From NCBI GenBank assembly GCA_937127125.1, contig CAKZLO010000033.1:69217-133216 (forward strand): a stretch of DNA of 64,000 nt, given 5' to 3'. The stretch's first letter is position 1. The number at the start of each line of letters is the position of its first letter. The notes beneath the pieces were generated by a model, which did not search any database, had not been told where the DNA came from, and saw only the letters and a list, made by a program, of their open reading frames with translations. The stretch is from an uncultured Ardenticatenia bacterium (GTDB lineage: Bacteria > Chloroflexota > Anaerolineae > 4572-78 > NAK82). The position numbers and the translations under genes are program-made. Positions 7,115 through 17,138 of this stretch are shown here, one piece after another.

Positions 7115-9577
7115 ATGACCCCATCATCAGAGCAACGACTGCAGAATGTGACTTTGCCCGATGACTGGCGCAATTTGCTAGCGACGCCGGTTAACCTTGT
7201 TTACAACTGGGGACGCATGTATTCGCTCTGGCCCCTGGCATTTGGATTGGCGTGCTGTGCCATTGAAATGATGGCCACGTTTGCCGCCCGCTTTGACTTG
7301 GGGCGCTTCGGTGCCGAGTTAATGCGTCCCTCTCCGCGTCAGGCCGATTTGTTGATCGTCTCAGGTACCGTCACCAAGAAGATGGTGCCCCAGATTGTGC
7401 GCCTGTACAATCAGATGCCGGAGCCCAAATATGTGATTGCGATGGGTGCCTGTGCGACTGCAGGTGGTCCTTTTAAAGAGGGCTACAACGTCGTCTCCGG
7501 CATCGACAAGTTTCTGCCTGTGGACGTGTATATACCGGGCTGTCCCCCAACGCCCCAGGCTTTCCTGGAGGGCTTCCTGCGCTTGCAGGAAAAGATCAAG
7601 CGCCAGTCGATTTTCGAGGTACCTTGGTATCGCAAGGATGCGCGCAGTGAGGAAATCCCTGTTCCGCTATATGGCCCTGACTTGATCGATCCACGCCGCA
7701 TTCCCTTAATCAAAGAAACCCTGACGAAACAACGGGCTACCCGGATGCAGCCAACCCCTGCCGCCGAGCAGGTGGAAGCTGCGCCATGTGAAAAGGCTCT
7801 CAAGCTGCCTGTGTGGGATATCACGCCATTGCCAGCTGCCGAGGCACTCGCGCAACGCCTCAATCAGGCGATAGGTGACAGCTGTGTGACGCCGGAAAAG
7901 GATGTGCTGGTCGTCCAGCCGGCTCGTCTGGTTGAGGTAGCGACCTACCTGCGCGACACTCCCGAGCTTCACTATGACCTGCTCTCAAACGTGACCGGGG
8001 TGGACTATCTGGGTCGCGACCCTCGCTTTGAGGTAGTGTATCATCTGTACTCGACCAGCCGTGGGGGAGGCCCATTGGTGCTCAAGGCACGTGTGCCGGA
8101 GCAAAATCCCGAGCTGCCCTCGCTTGTCCCGGTGTGGCCCAGCGCGAATTTTCAGGAACGTGAGGTCTGGGATCTCTTTGGGATCCGCTTCACCGGTCAT
8201 CCCAATCTGAAACGCATATTGCTCTGGGAAGGCTTCCACGGTCATCCCTTGCGCAAGGATTGGCGGGAGCCCTACTATGAGGAGCCGGTGAAGCCTTTTA
8301 GCAGCCGTTGGCCGGCCGGCCACTATCAGGCGGCGGAAGCGCGCAATCCTTACCACGACAATGTCTCCTACCCCTCGCAATATCCACCTGGAGTGGAGTG
8401 GGACCCGGAAGTGTGGAGCCCTCTGGAAGAGGAATTGCCCATTGTGGACTATCGCGAGTTGCCCCACCTGCGCATCTCGACCGATAAGATTGTGGTGAAT
8501 GTGGGGCCACAGCATCCCAGTACCCACGGGGTCTTTCGTATGGTGCTCACATTAGATGGCGAGACCGTTTTGCACGCCGAGCCTGTGGTGGGCTATCTCC
8601 ATCGCAACCATGAGAAAATCGGCGAGCGCAACAGCTGGCTGATGAATATGCCCTATACCGACCGCCTGGATTACCTCAATGCGATGGGAAACAATCTGGG
8701 GTACGCCATCGCAGTGGAGCGTCTGATGGGCATTGAAGTGCCTGAGCGCGCCGAGTATCTGCGCGTCATCATGGCCGAGCTGAACCGTGTTTTCAGCCAC
8801 ATGTCATTTGCTGGCTTTCTCACCAACGAATTAGGATCTGCGTTTACACCTTTCCTGTATGCATTCAAGGAACGCGAGCTAATCCTGGACCTGTTTGAGG
8901 AGGCGAGCGGCTCGCGCATGATGTGCAATTATCTGCGCTTTGGCGGTGTGGCCAACGATGTGGATGACGACTGGTTGGAGCGTGCTCGCTATTTGGCGCA
9001 TGAACGCCTGCCACGCAAGCTCGACGAATTTGAGCAGCTGCTGAATGAGAACGAGATTCTTGTCTCTCGCCTTAAGGGGGTGAGCATCCTCACCCCTGAG
9101 AAGGCGGTGGCTTATGGGATCACAGGGCCTATTTTGCGTTCGACCGGCTTGCCTTACGATATCCGACGCGTGGAGCCCTATTCGATTTACCACCGCTTTG
9201 ACTTCAGGATTCCCTTGTTGCACAATGGCGACCTGTATGATCGGTATCTAATCCGCATTCTGGAAGCGCGCGAGGCGGTGAAGATCCTGAACCAAGCTTT
9301 GGATCAGATACCAAAGGGGCCAATTCAAGCGGGAAAGAAGGCATGGCAGACGCGTGTCCCGGCAGGGGAGGTCTATGCGCGCATCGAACATCCTAAGGGC
9401 GAATTGGGATACTATCTAGTGAGCAACGGCACCGGCAATCCGTGGCGGTATCGCGTCCGCTCGCCTTCTTTCATCAACCTCACCGCTCTGAGTGAGATGT
9501 GCCGAGGGCTTAAAGTCGCCGATGTGATCGTGGCCTTGGGTGCGCTCGATATTGTGCTGGGGGAGGTGGACCGCTGA
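7115..9577 (+). CDS. Fused NADH-quinone oxidoreductase subunits B/C/D
   Basis: SD GAGGAG. NuoB part has [20 protein letters not shown] and IPGCPP (four N2-cluster Cys). The middle is NuoC-like ([23 protein letters not shown]). The C-terminal NuoD part has [15 protein letters not shown]...DIVLGEVDR. Confidence 0.9.
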   Translation: MTPSSEQRLQNVTLPDDWRNLLATPVNLVYNWGRMYSLWPLAFGLACCAIEMMATFAARFDLGRFGAELMRPSPRQADLLIVSGTVTKKMVPQIVRLYNQMPEPKYVIAMGACATAGGPFKEGYNVVSGIDKFLPVDVYIPGCPPTPQAFLEGFLRLQEKIKRQSIFEVPWYRKDARSEEIPVPLYGPDLIDPRRIPLIKETLTKQRATRMQPTPAAEQVEAAPCEKALKLPVWDITPLPAAEALAQRLNQAIGDSCVTPEKDVLVVQPARLVEVATYLRDTPELHYDLLSNVTGVDYLGRDPRFEVVYHLYSTSRGGGPLVLKARVPEQNPELPSLVPVWPSANFQEREVWDLFGIRFTGHPNLKRILLWEGFHGHPLRKDWREPYYEEPVKPFSSRWPAGHYQAAEARNPYHDNVSYPSQYPPGVEWDPEVWSPLEEELPIVDYRELPHLRISTDKIVVNVGPQHPSTHGVFRMVLTLDGETVLHAEPVVGYLHRNHEKIGERNSWLMNMPYTDRLDYLNAMGNNLGYAIAVERLMGIEVPERAEYLRVIMAELNRVFSHMSFAGFLTNELGSAFTPFLYAFKERELILDLFEEASGSRMMCNYLRFGGVANDVDDDWLERARYLAHERLPRKLDEFEQLLNENEILVSRLKGVSILTPEKAVAYGITGPILRSTGLPYDIRRVEPYSIYHRFDFRIPLLHNGDLYDRYLIRILEAREAVKILNQALDQIPKGPIQAGKKAWQTRVPAGEVYARIEHPKGELGYYLVSNGTGNPWRYRVRSPSFINLTALSEMCRGLKVADVIVALGALDIVLGEVDR

Positions 9578-10170
9578 TGTTCGGGATTGGCATTGCGAAG
9601 GGTCTGGCAGTAACGTTCAAACATTTCATCGAAACCTACTTGGACGACCTCAAGTACTTTCCTCGCCGCTACAGCGAGGTAGCTCTGGAATCGAGACAGA
9701 GCGTGCGCGGACGCGGCTTGTTCACAGTCCAGTATCCTGAGCAGGAACGTCCGGTGCCGGAGGCATTTCGCTTCTTGCCCTTCCTGGTCTACGACATTCA
9801 CGTGGAGGGAGACACAACGCGACAGGTTGTCCGATGCACCGCCTGCGGCATATGCGCCCGGGTGTGCCCTCCCCAGTGCATCTGGATCGTGCGTGCTCAG
9901 GACGAGAAGGGCAAGCCTCTCACTGCACCAGCAGAGTTCTGCATCGACATCGATGTTTGTATGAACTGTGGCTTCTGCGCTGAGTTCTGTCCCTTCGACT
10001 CGATCGTGATGGACCACGAATACAAGCTGGCGGATTATGAACGCCATGTTGGCCATATCTACAACCTTCAGAAGCTGCTACGACCTGCCGGTTACTACGC
10101 GCGCATCCGTCCCAACCAATATGCCGCCCGTCAGGCAGCGAAAAAGGAGAGCGCAGCGAAAGAGGAATAA
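9577..10170 (+). CDS. nuoI: NADH-quinone oxidoreductase subunit I (2x[4Fe-4S] ferredoxin-type)
   Basis: The ATG overlaps the nuoBCD stop (TGATG), with SD GGGGAGGTGGA. Cluster motifs are CTACGICARVCP and CMNCGFCAEFCP. Confidence 0.85.
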   Translation: MFGIGIAKGLAVTFKHFIETYLDDLKYFPRRYSEVALESRQSVRGRGLFTVQYPEQERPVPEAFRFLPFLVYDIHVEGDTTRQVVRCTACGICARVCPPQCIWIVRAQDEKGKPLTAPAEFCIDIDVCMNCGFCAEFCPFDSIVMDHEYKLADYERHVGHIYNLQKLLRPAGYYARIRPNQYAARQAAKKESAAKEE

Positions 10171-13100
10171 TGTTCAAAAACGTCCTCGCGACTATTCTGG
10201 GTGACCCAAGTCAAAAAGCGATCAGGCGCCTGATCCCGTTGGTGGACGAAGTCAACGCGCTTGAGCCGGAAATGCGCCGCAAGAGCAATGCGGAATTGCG
10301 GGATATGATGGTGCGCTTTCGCGCCGACATAGCCGAGCAAACGCGGGCGCTGCGCGAAGAGCTTCAGGCGCGCATCACCGAGCGCGATGTGTCCATCGGC
10401 GACACGCGCCGTCAGCTCGAGGTTGAGGTGCAGCGACTGCGGCGCGAACTTTTCAAACTGGAAGAAGAGCTCTTGCAGGCCATTATGCCCCAGGTGTTCG
10501 CCGCGGTGCGTGAGGCAAGCGTGCGCACAACTGGCCTGCGCCACTACGACGTTCAGATTATTGGTGGTGCCGTTCTTCATCAAGGCAACGTGATGGAGAT
10601 GCGTACAGGTGAGGGCAAAACCTTGGTCGCCACCTTGCCAGTTGCTCTCAACGCACTGACCGGACACGGGATGCATGTAGTCACCGTCAACGATTACCTG
10701 GCCAAGCGCGATGCCCAGTGGATGGGGCCAATCTACCACTTGCTGGGGTTGACGGTGGGGGTCATTCAATCTGCTGGTGGAGGACACCCCGACGAAGCTT
10801 CATTTGAGTTCGATCCGGATTACCAGGCAGTGGATGATCGCTACTTGTACCTGCGACCTACCACGCGCCGTGGTGCTTATCATTGCGATATCACCTATGG
10901 TACGAACAACGAGTTCGGCTTCGATTACCTGCGTGATAACATGGTGTTCGACCTGAGCCAGTTGTGCCAGCGCGAGCTGCACTATGCCATCGTCGACGAG
11001 GTGGACAACATTCTGATCGACGAGGCGCGCACACCTTTGATCATCTCTGGGCCCTCGGAGGAGAGCAGCAGCCTTTACAACGAATTTGCCGCGATTGTGC
11101 GACAACTGAAGCCCAGCAGCCCGGCGAGCGTGGAGGCAAAGCAGCCGGACGGGGACTACGTTGTAGACGAAAAAGCGCGCGTTGTCACTCTCACTGAAGC
11201 AGGGTTGGAGAAGGTCGAACGCCTGCTAGGTATCGAGAATCTATACGGACCGGGGCACTGGCAGAAGGTGCCCTATCTGGACAACGCGCTGCGTGCCTAT
11301 GTGTTGTACCAGCGGGACCGAGATTATATCGTCCGCGACGGCGAAGTTATCATTGTGGACGAGTTCACTGGGCGCCTTATGATCGGCCGACGCTACAGTG
11401 AGGGTCTGCACCAGGCGATCGAAGCGAAAGAAGGGGTGACTGTGCAGCGCGAGAGCTTGACGCTCGCCACTATCACCTTCCAGAACTATTTCCGTATGTA
11501 CCAAAAGCTGGCGGGCATGACAGGTACAGCGGCCACCGAAAAAGAGGAATTCGCCAAAATTTACGACCTCGACGTTGTGGTGTTGCCTACTAATATCGAA
11601 TATCGAGCTATGCGCGGAGAGCTGCAGACGATCACCCGTCGTCAGAATGGCGTCGAGATAGTCACCTACGAGAATCCTCAAACCAACGAACGCTACTGGA
11701 AGCGCATCGATTATCCCGATCAGGTCTACAAGAACCAGCAGGCCAAATTTAGAGCGGTTGTCAACGAGATCGCCGAGAACTATCAAAAGGGTCGTCCGGT
11801 TTTGGTGGGTACGGTCGCAATTGAGACGTCAGAGTATCTCTCCAACTTGCTCAAGCGGCGTGGTATCCCGCACCAGGTGCTTAATGCGAAACATCACGAG
11901 CGGGAGGCACTCATCATCAGCCAGGCGGGAGTGCCCGGCTCTGTGACCATCGCCACCAATATGGCAGGCCGCGGCGTTGACATCCTGCTGGGTGGCAACC
12001 CGGAAGGCATGGCCCGCGAGCAACTGCGCAAGGAGGGGGAAGACCTGACCCAAATCCGCAGCAAGGAATGGAATGAGGCAATTGAGATGCTGCGTCACGG
12101 CCAGGACCCCACGACGCGTTATCCGACGCGTTGGGCTCAAGTGCTGGCGGAGAAATTTGCCTTGTGTGAGCAAAATCGCCTCAAGGTTTTGCAACTGGGT
12201 GGCCTGCATGTGATCGGCACGGAGCGCCATGAAGCGAGGCGCATCGACAATCAGCTGCGCGGCCGTGCGGGCCGTCAGGGCGACCCGGGCTCGAGCCGCT
12301 TCTACCTCTCGCTGCAGGACGACCTCATGCGCCGCTTCGGTGGCCAGACAGTGGCCAACCTGATGAACACCTTGGGCGTTGACGATGATATGCCCATTGA
12401 AGCTGGTCTGGTGAGCAAGTCCATCGAGAGCGCGCAAGTGCGGGTTGAGGGGTACAACTTCGACATTCGCAAACACCTGCTTGAATATGACGATGTGGTC
12501 AATCAGCAGCGCGAGGTTATCTACGGACAGCGTCGCCGCATTCTCTCCAGCCCCAATCTGCGCGAGATCATCCTGGACATGGTGTTTGAGACGATCCGAG
12601 ATGCCGTCGCAACGGCTACCGCCTCGGAGGATCCAGCTGAGTGGGACTTGGCGTCGCTGCACGGCGCGATGCGTGCCATTATGCCTTTGCCTGCCACAAT
12701 GACGTCCACTCGCTGGCAGGGTATGAGCCCTCAGCAAATCGAGGAAGAGCTCCTCGATCTGGCAGAGAGGCTCTACGATGAGAAGACCAAAGCGCTGGGA
12801 CCGGAGCTGATGCATCAGCTGGAACGGGCGGTGATGTTGCGCGTGGTGGACAATCTCTGGGTACGCCACCTGACCGATTTGGACGCTCTGCGTGAAGGTA
12901 TCGGCTTGCGTGCTTTTGGACAGCAGGATCCGCTGGTGGCCTTTAAGCGCGAAGCATATGAGATGTACAGCCGTTTGCTTGAATCCATCAAGCACGATAT
13001 CGTCCATGCGATTTACCACGCCCAGCTGGTTGCTATGCCGCAGCCGCGTCCGATGCAGGCAGTCCATCCGGGCAGCACGCCCGAGCGCCTCGCCCGTCCG

Positions 13101-13307
13101 GTGCGCACCCGACGCGAGATTGGTCGCAACGATCCATGCTGGTGTGGCAGTGGCAAGAAGTATAAGCACTGCCATCTAGCCCAGGATATGGCTGGTGGCA
13201 CGACGGCGCCTGCCCCTGTGCCAATGCCGCAGGGTCAAGGTGCCCATGCCGCTGTCGCAACTCCTCAGAAAGCTGCTGTAGCGACCAAACATCGTCGTCG
13301 CAGGTGA
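10170..13307 (+). CDS. secA: Preprotein translocase ATPase SecA
   Basis: The ATG overlaps the nuoI stop (TAATG). MRTGEGKTLVATLP (Walker A), DEVDNILIDEARTPLIISG, C-terminal zinc motif CWCGSGKKYKHCH followed by a ~40-aa tail. Confidence 0.95.
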   Translation: MFKNVLATILGDPSQKAIRRLIPLVDEVNALEPEMRRKSNAELRDMMVRFRADIAEQTRALREELQARITERDVSIGDTRRQLEVEVQRLRRELFKLEEELLQAIMPQVFAAVREASVRTTGLRHYDVQIIGGAVLHQGNVMEMRTGEGKTLVATLPVALNALTGHGMHVVTVNDYLAKRDAQWMGPIYHLLGLTVGVIQSAGGGHPDEASFEFDPDYQAVDDRYLYLRPTTRRGAYHCDITYGTNNEFGFDYLRDNMVFDLSQLCQRELHYAIVDEVDNILIDEARTPLIISGPSEESSSLYNEFAAIVRQLKPSSPASVEAKQPDGDYVVDEKARVVTLTEAGLEKVERLLGIENLYGPGHWQKVPYLDNALRAYVLYQRDRDYIVRDGEVIIVDEFTGRLMIGRRYSEGLHQAIEAKEGVTVQRESLTLATITFQNYFRMYQKLAGMTGTAATEKEEFAKIYDLDVVVLPTNIEYRAMRGELQTITRRQNGVEIVTYENPQTNERYWKRIDYPDQVYKNQQAKFRAVVNEIAENYQKGRPVLVGTVAIETSEYLSNLLKRRGIPHQVLNAKHHEREALIISQAGVPGSVTIATNMAGRGVDILLGGNPEGMAREQLRKEGEDLTQIRSKEWNEAIEMLRHGQDPTTRYPTRWAQVLAEKFALCEQNRLKVLQLGGLHVIGTERHEARRIDNQLRGRAGRQGDPGSSRFYLSLQDDLMRRFGGQTVANLMNTLGVDDDMPIEAGLVSKSIESAQVRVEGYNFDIRKHLLEYDDVVNQQREVIYGQRRRILSSPNLREIILDMVFETIRDAVATATASEDPAEWDLASLHGAMRAIMPLPATMTSTRWQGMSPQQIEEELLDLAERLYDEKTKALGPELMHQLERAVMLRVVDNLWVRHLTDLDALREGIGLRAFGQQDPLVAFKREAYEMYSRLLESIKHDIVHAIYHAQLVAMPQPRPMQAVHPGSTPERLARPVRTRREIGRNDPCWCGSGKKYKHCHLAQDMAGGTTAPAPVPMPQGQGAHAAVATPQKAAVATKHRRRR

Positions 13308-13379
13308 CGGAATAAAAATAGATCGTCCGTTCTAGTTCCTCGTGGTTCAAAACCGTTCAGAAACGGAGCAGACTACTTA

Positions 13380-14429
13380 ATGGTATTCGAGGCCGGCCAT
13401 TCTTTGCGATCTAAGCTCTCTGCACTGCCCAAAGTCGAGCTCCATCGCCACCTGGAGGGCAGCTTGCGATTGGAGACCTTGGTCGAGATCGCACGCACGC
13501 ATCATCTCGATTTGCCCAGCTATGATCTCGAGACGTTGCGGCCACTTGTGCAAGTGGTGGGGGGTGATTCGCCAGACTTTTCCACCTATCTAGAGAAATT
13601 CAAGCTGTTGCGCCGTTTCTACGCCACTCCGGAGCTGATTGCGCGGATGGTGCATGAGTGCATCGCCGATGCGGCGGCAGACAATATCAAGTACCTAGAA
13701 TTGCGTTTCAATCCGGTGGCGCTTTCCAAGTTTCGTGGATTTGAATTGGAGCAAGCTATGCTTTGGGTGACCGAGGCCGCCGAGCAAGCACAACGTGACC
13801 ACCACGTCACCGTGCGGCTTATCGTCCAGATCGGTCGGGATGAGAGCGTATTCACAGCGCGTCGCATTGCCGAGGCCGCGGTGGCAGCACGACATCGTGG
13901 AGTGGTGGGACTTGACTTGGCAGGGGATGAGACAGCTTATCCGGCCACGCCGTTTATCGAAGTCTTTCGGTGGGCGAAGGAGCAAGGCCTTCATATCACC
14001 ATTCATGCCGGTGAGGTCGGCCCATCTGCCAACATTCGCCAAGCAGTCGAGCACATGGGAGCAGAACGCATTGGCCATGGCGTGCGCGCCGGCGAAGATC
14101 CTAAGCTGGTACAGTGGTTAGCAGAGCAAGGGGTTACCCTGGAAATGTGCCCGACCAGTAATTTGCACACTGGTGCTGTTGCAGGGCCCTCCGAACATCC
14201 CCTGCGTCGTTATCTGGAACGAGGCGTGCGCGTTACCATCAATACGGACGACCCTGGAATCTCTAGTACCACCTTGACGGATGAATATCTCCTCGCTGTT
14301 CAGCACATGGGTATGGATCTCCCCGCGATTCAGCAAACGATCCTGTATGCTGCGGCAGCAGCTTTTCTACCCAAGGATGAACGGGGTGCCTTGGTGACCT
14401 GGTTTGAGCAGGTGTTTGCCCCTCTTTGA
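13380..14429 (+). CDS. add: Adenosine deaminase family protein
   Basis: LPKVELHRHLEGS and HAGE...SANI...RIGHG...TINTDDP are metal-ligand motifs of the adenosine/AMP deaminase family. Confidence 0.85.
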   Translation: MVFEAGHSLRSKLSALPKVELHRHLEGSLRLETLVEIARTHHLDLPSYDLETLRPLVQVVGGDSPDFSTYLEKFKLLRRFYATPELIARMVHECIADAAADNIKYLELRFNPVALSKFRGFELEQAMLWVTEAAEQAQRDHHVTVRLIVQIGRDESVFTARRIAEAAVAARHRGVVGLDLAGDETAYPATPFIEVFRWAKEQGLHITIHAGEVGPSANIRQAVEHMGAERIGHGVRAGEDPKLVQWLAEQGVTLEMCPTSNLHTGAVAGPSEHPLRRYLERGVRVTINTDDPGISSTTLTDEYLLAVQHMGMDLPAIQQTILYAAAAAFLPKDERGALVTWFEQVFAPL

Positions 14430-14468
14430 GGAACGAGGACGAGAAGGATTTTCATGAGGTAGACAAAT

Positions 14469-14510
14469 CCGGAGCGCAACGACTCTGTATGCTCCGGTTA
14501 TTTCCTTGTT
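14469..14510 (+). terminator. Hairpin plus T-rich tract after add
   Basis: CCGGAGC (14469-14475) pairs with GCTCCGG (14491-14497), followed by TTATTTCCTTGTT. Confidence 0.4.
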
Positions 14511-14514
14511 CGTT

Positions 14515-15684
14515 TTACCACTCCGTAATCGCTGCTTCGATGATCTTTCTCAGCTCGGGATCGGGGACTTCATCAGGACGGTCGTAAAATTTGGTGCCCA
14601 CCCGAATACGTACGCCTCCATCCGGGCGCGCTACAAACTGGGCATCCAGATGGGCGAGCGGCGATGCTTCTAGCTTGCGCTGGAAGATGCGGTCAATCTC
14701 CTCCACCAGGTTGAAGGCTGGAACGTCCTGCGCTTTTGTTGGGGTGGGGTGGGTAGATTTACCCGCCCGCCGCGCCAGGGGTCGCTCGGGACCCGTGGAC
14801 TCGCGCATCAGCTGCTCGAAGAATTGTTCGCTTCTATCGCGCGTCGGCTCCGACGTAGAAACTTGTGGCGTTCCTGCCGCAACAGATAGAGCTCGTGCTA
14901 CGGGCGCTGCTGGTTTAGCTGATAGCTGAGGTATTGGCACAGAGCGGACACCATCGTTGGCCATCAGCCGGCCATAGCTGAATTGCAGCAAGTAGCTGAT
15001 GGCCTCGAGAATGCGACGGGCCACCTCTGCATCTGGCACGTCGGTCAGGCGGGCATAGCTGCGCCCGGCTGCCTGAATCCAAAACTCGTTCCGTTGCGTG
15101 TCGGCCAGCAGCCGCGCGATCTCGCCGGGCTCGTCTTCATCTGCCAGGCCAGGAAACGGCTCCGGCACCCGCACGGCATCACATTGAGGAAGCTCCAACG
15201 TTTTAACCCCATCGTTCTCCGCTACTTTGCCCCCGCTGAAGCGCAATGCCCACGTGATCGCTGCCAGGATGCGCTTGCCCACTGCCCGGTCGCGCACATC
15301 TCCCAGACGGGTGTAACGTGTCCCGCCTATGCGCACCACCACCTGACCACTCGATGCATCCCACACAATGCGCAAGACTTCTGGCGCGCAACGTGCCGGG
15401 CGCACCCGGCTCACGTCCACGTCCTCGGTCTCCCAGCCGGCGCGGCCGACGTTTATCAACCTCGCTGCTACGTCGGGAGCGGCTGGCTGGGCAAGGGTTT
15501 CGTTCACTCCAATTGTTCCTGTGTATCTATCTATCTGCTCTGCAGCACCACTGCGCGCGTGCCGCATCCTTCTGGCAAGCACGATGTACACGGCGGTGAC
15601 GACGATCATCACAAACGCACAGCTTATCACGCCCAGCAGCAGCTGAAGCAGCTTTTCGGGATCCATGGTTCCGAGCTGTTCCAT
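14515..15684 (-). CDS. Single-pass membrane protein with three copies of an unassigned ~50-aa repeat
   Basis: Start moved to ATG 15684 (SD GGAGAGGTG). TM helix LLLGVISCAFVMIVVTAVYIVL. Repeats are VVVRIGGTRYTRLGDVRDRAVGKRILAAITWAL, FWIQAAGRSYARLTDVPDAEVARRILEAISYLL and VRIRVGTKFYDRPDEVPDPELRKIIEAAITEW. Confidence 0.55.
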   Translation of the reverse strand: MEQLGTMDPEKLLQLLLGVISCAFVMIVVTAVYIVLARRMRHARSGAAEQIDRYTGTIGVNETLAQPAAPDVAARLINVGRAGWETEDVDVSRVRPARCAPEVLRIVWDASSGQVVVRIGGTRYTRLGDVRDRAVGKRILAAITWALRFSGGKVAENDGVKTLELPQCDAVRVPEPFPGLADEDEPGEIARLLADTQRNEFWIQAAGRSYARLTDVPDAEVARRILEAISYLLQFSYGRLMANDGVRSVPIPQLSAKPAAPVARALSVAAGTPQVSTSEPTRDRSEQFFEQLMRESTGPERPLARRAGKSTHPTPTKAQDVPAFNLVEEIDRIFQRKLEASPLAHLDAQFVARPDGGVRIRVGTKFYDRPDEVPDPELRKIIEAAITEW

Positions 15685-15711
15685 AGTACACCTCTCCTGC
15701 TCCTCCACCTG

Positions 15712-16512
15712 TTACGTCTGGCACGTGGGACAGAAATACGATGAACGCTGCCCAATCTTGATACGCTCTATAGGGCTGCCACAGGTGGGGCAAGGTTGCC
15801 CTTCACGACTGTAGACACAGAAGTCATTCTGGAAACTGCCACCCTGGTACATCCCATCCGCCAAGGTGGCTCCGTTGAGCTCAATAGAGCGGATCAGAAC
15901 GCGCTGGATCGCGCGATATAATGCACGTTTCTCCTCCTCCGAAAGCGTCTCTGCGCGGCGACGTGGGCGAATGCGCGCCTGGAATAGAGCTTCATCGGCA
16001 TAGATGTTGCCGACCCCGGCCAGGAAGCTCTGATCCATCAATAACGGTTTGATCATCCCCCGACGACCATTGATGCGCACCAGAAACATTTCCTCGGTGA
16101 AATGTTCATCGAGAGGCTCAGGGCCTAGATGTCCCAATACGCGGGAAGCATCCGGAGCCAGATAAACCCGCCCGAACTTGCGTGGATCCCTGAAACGCAT
16201 TTCCCGGCCATCTTCCAGCCCGAACGTAACCCGAACATAGGGATCGGGTGGAGCATCCGCAGCACATACATACACGCGGCCACTCATCTTGAGGTGGATC
16301 AGCAGCACGGCTCCTGTGGACAATGAGAAGACAATGTACTTGCCACGCCGATGAACCTCTTGAATACGCTGACCGGGCAGTTCTGTAAGCACATTCAGTG
16401 GGGAGCGCTGCACCATCGGCGGCCATTCCACCACTACCCGCACAATGCGTTGACCGATCACTGTCTTTTGCAGTGAGCGCACGATAGTTTCAACCTCAGG
16501 CAACTCGGGCAT
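15712..16512 (-). CDS. mutM: Formamidopyrimidine-DNA glycosylase (Fpg/MutM)
   Basis: Trimmed to ATG 16512, giving the obligatory N-terminus MPELPEVETI. C-terminal zinc finger CPTCGSPIERIKIGQRSSYFCPTCQ. Confidence 0.9.
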   Translation of the reverse strand: MPELPEVETIVRSLQKTVIGQRIVRVVVEWPPMVQRSPLNVLTELPGQRIQEVHRRGKYIVFSLSTGAVLLIHLKMSGRVYVCAADAPPDPYVRVTFGLEDGREMRFRDPRKFGRVYLAPDASRVLGHLGPEPLDEHFTEEMFLVRINGRRGMIKPLLMDQSFLAGVGNIYADEALFQARIRPRRRAETLSEEEKRALYRAIQRVLIRSIELNGATLADGMYQGGSFQNDFCVYSREGQPCPTCGSPIERIKIGQRSSYFCPTCQT

Positions 16513-16772
16513 GTCACTTCCTTGCTTCCATGAGGCTTTGCAAGAAATCATACACCTTTTGGTCATTTTTGGATAGCGAACACATATCCATCCGATCTTC
16601 TCGGTGTGAGAGCTATGGCGAGCTGGTGTAGCGCGTTCATCTGTGGTATGATATTATTTAACGAGTCGGCGTAGTATTTATGGCAATGCCACGGCGCGAA
16701 GCACCTTCGCGGTCACGCGGTGGAACGCATGTGCTGGGGCCCAAGAATGTGGTAGGTGTAAAGGAGAACACT

Positions 16773-17057
16773 GTGGAAAAGTTTGCTAAAGCGTTGTATA
16801 TGGAGCTGGTTGAGTCCAGAGGTCTTGACCTGACGGAAGAGGACGTGCTGGACGCTTTGCGCGAAGCAGATCAGCGCACCTCCCCCAGTCCGTTTGCCAG
16901 CTTGGAGGCGGCCCATACATTGCTCGATCAGGTGGGTGTTCCCAAGCTCTTCTCGGATGGCACTGAGGCGCCGTTGGATGCTCGTCTGGTGGCCTTCATT
17001 CGCCATGTGCAGGGACGTCTGGCGGCGGCAGAGGGTTGCAGCGGCTGCGCGCGCTGA
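16773..17057 (+). CDS. Hypothetical protein (94 aa)
   Basis: ORF 16680..17057 trimmed to GTG 16773, preceded by AAGGAGAA. No recognisable domain. Confidence 0.4.
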   Translation: MEKFAKALYMELVESRGLDLTEEDVLDALREADQRTSPSPFASLEAAHTLLDQVGVPKLFSDGTEAPLDARLVAFIRHVQGRLAAAEGCSGCAR

Positions 17058-17138
17058 GATCCGAAAAGACAAGGAGATAGTCGCTGCCGAATCTACCGCA
17101 GGGCAGCTGTTCTGAAAGACTGAACCGACCTGTCAGGT

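Noticed and set aside
11829-13175. 448-aa ORF on the - strand
   Set aside because: It lies entirely antisense to secA, whose identity is unambiguous. It has no SD and a low-complexity composition.
16577-16589. Possible second LexA box CGAACACATATCC upstream of mutM / ORF 16773
   Set aside because: Only the left half (CGAAC) matches. The right half is ATCC instead of GTTC, so the palindrome is broken.
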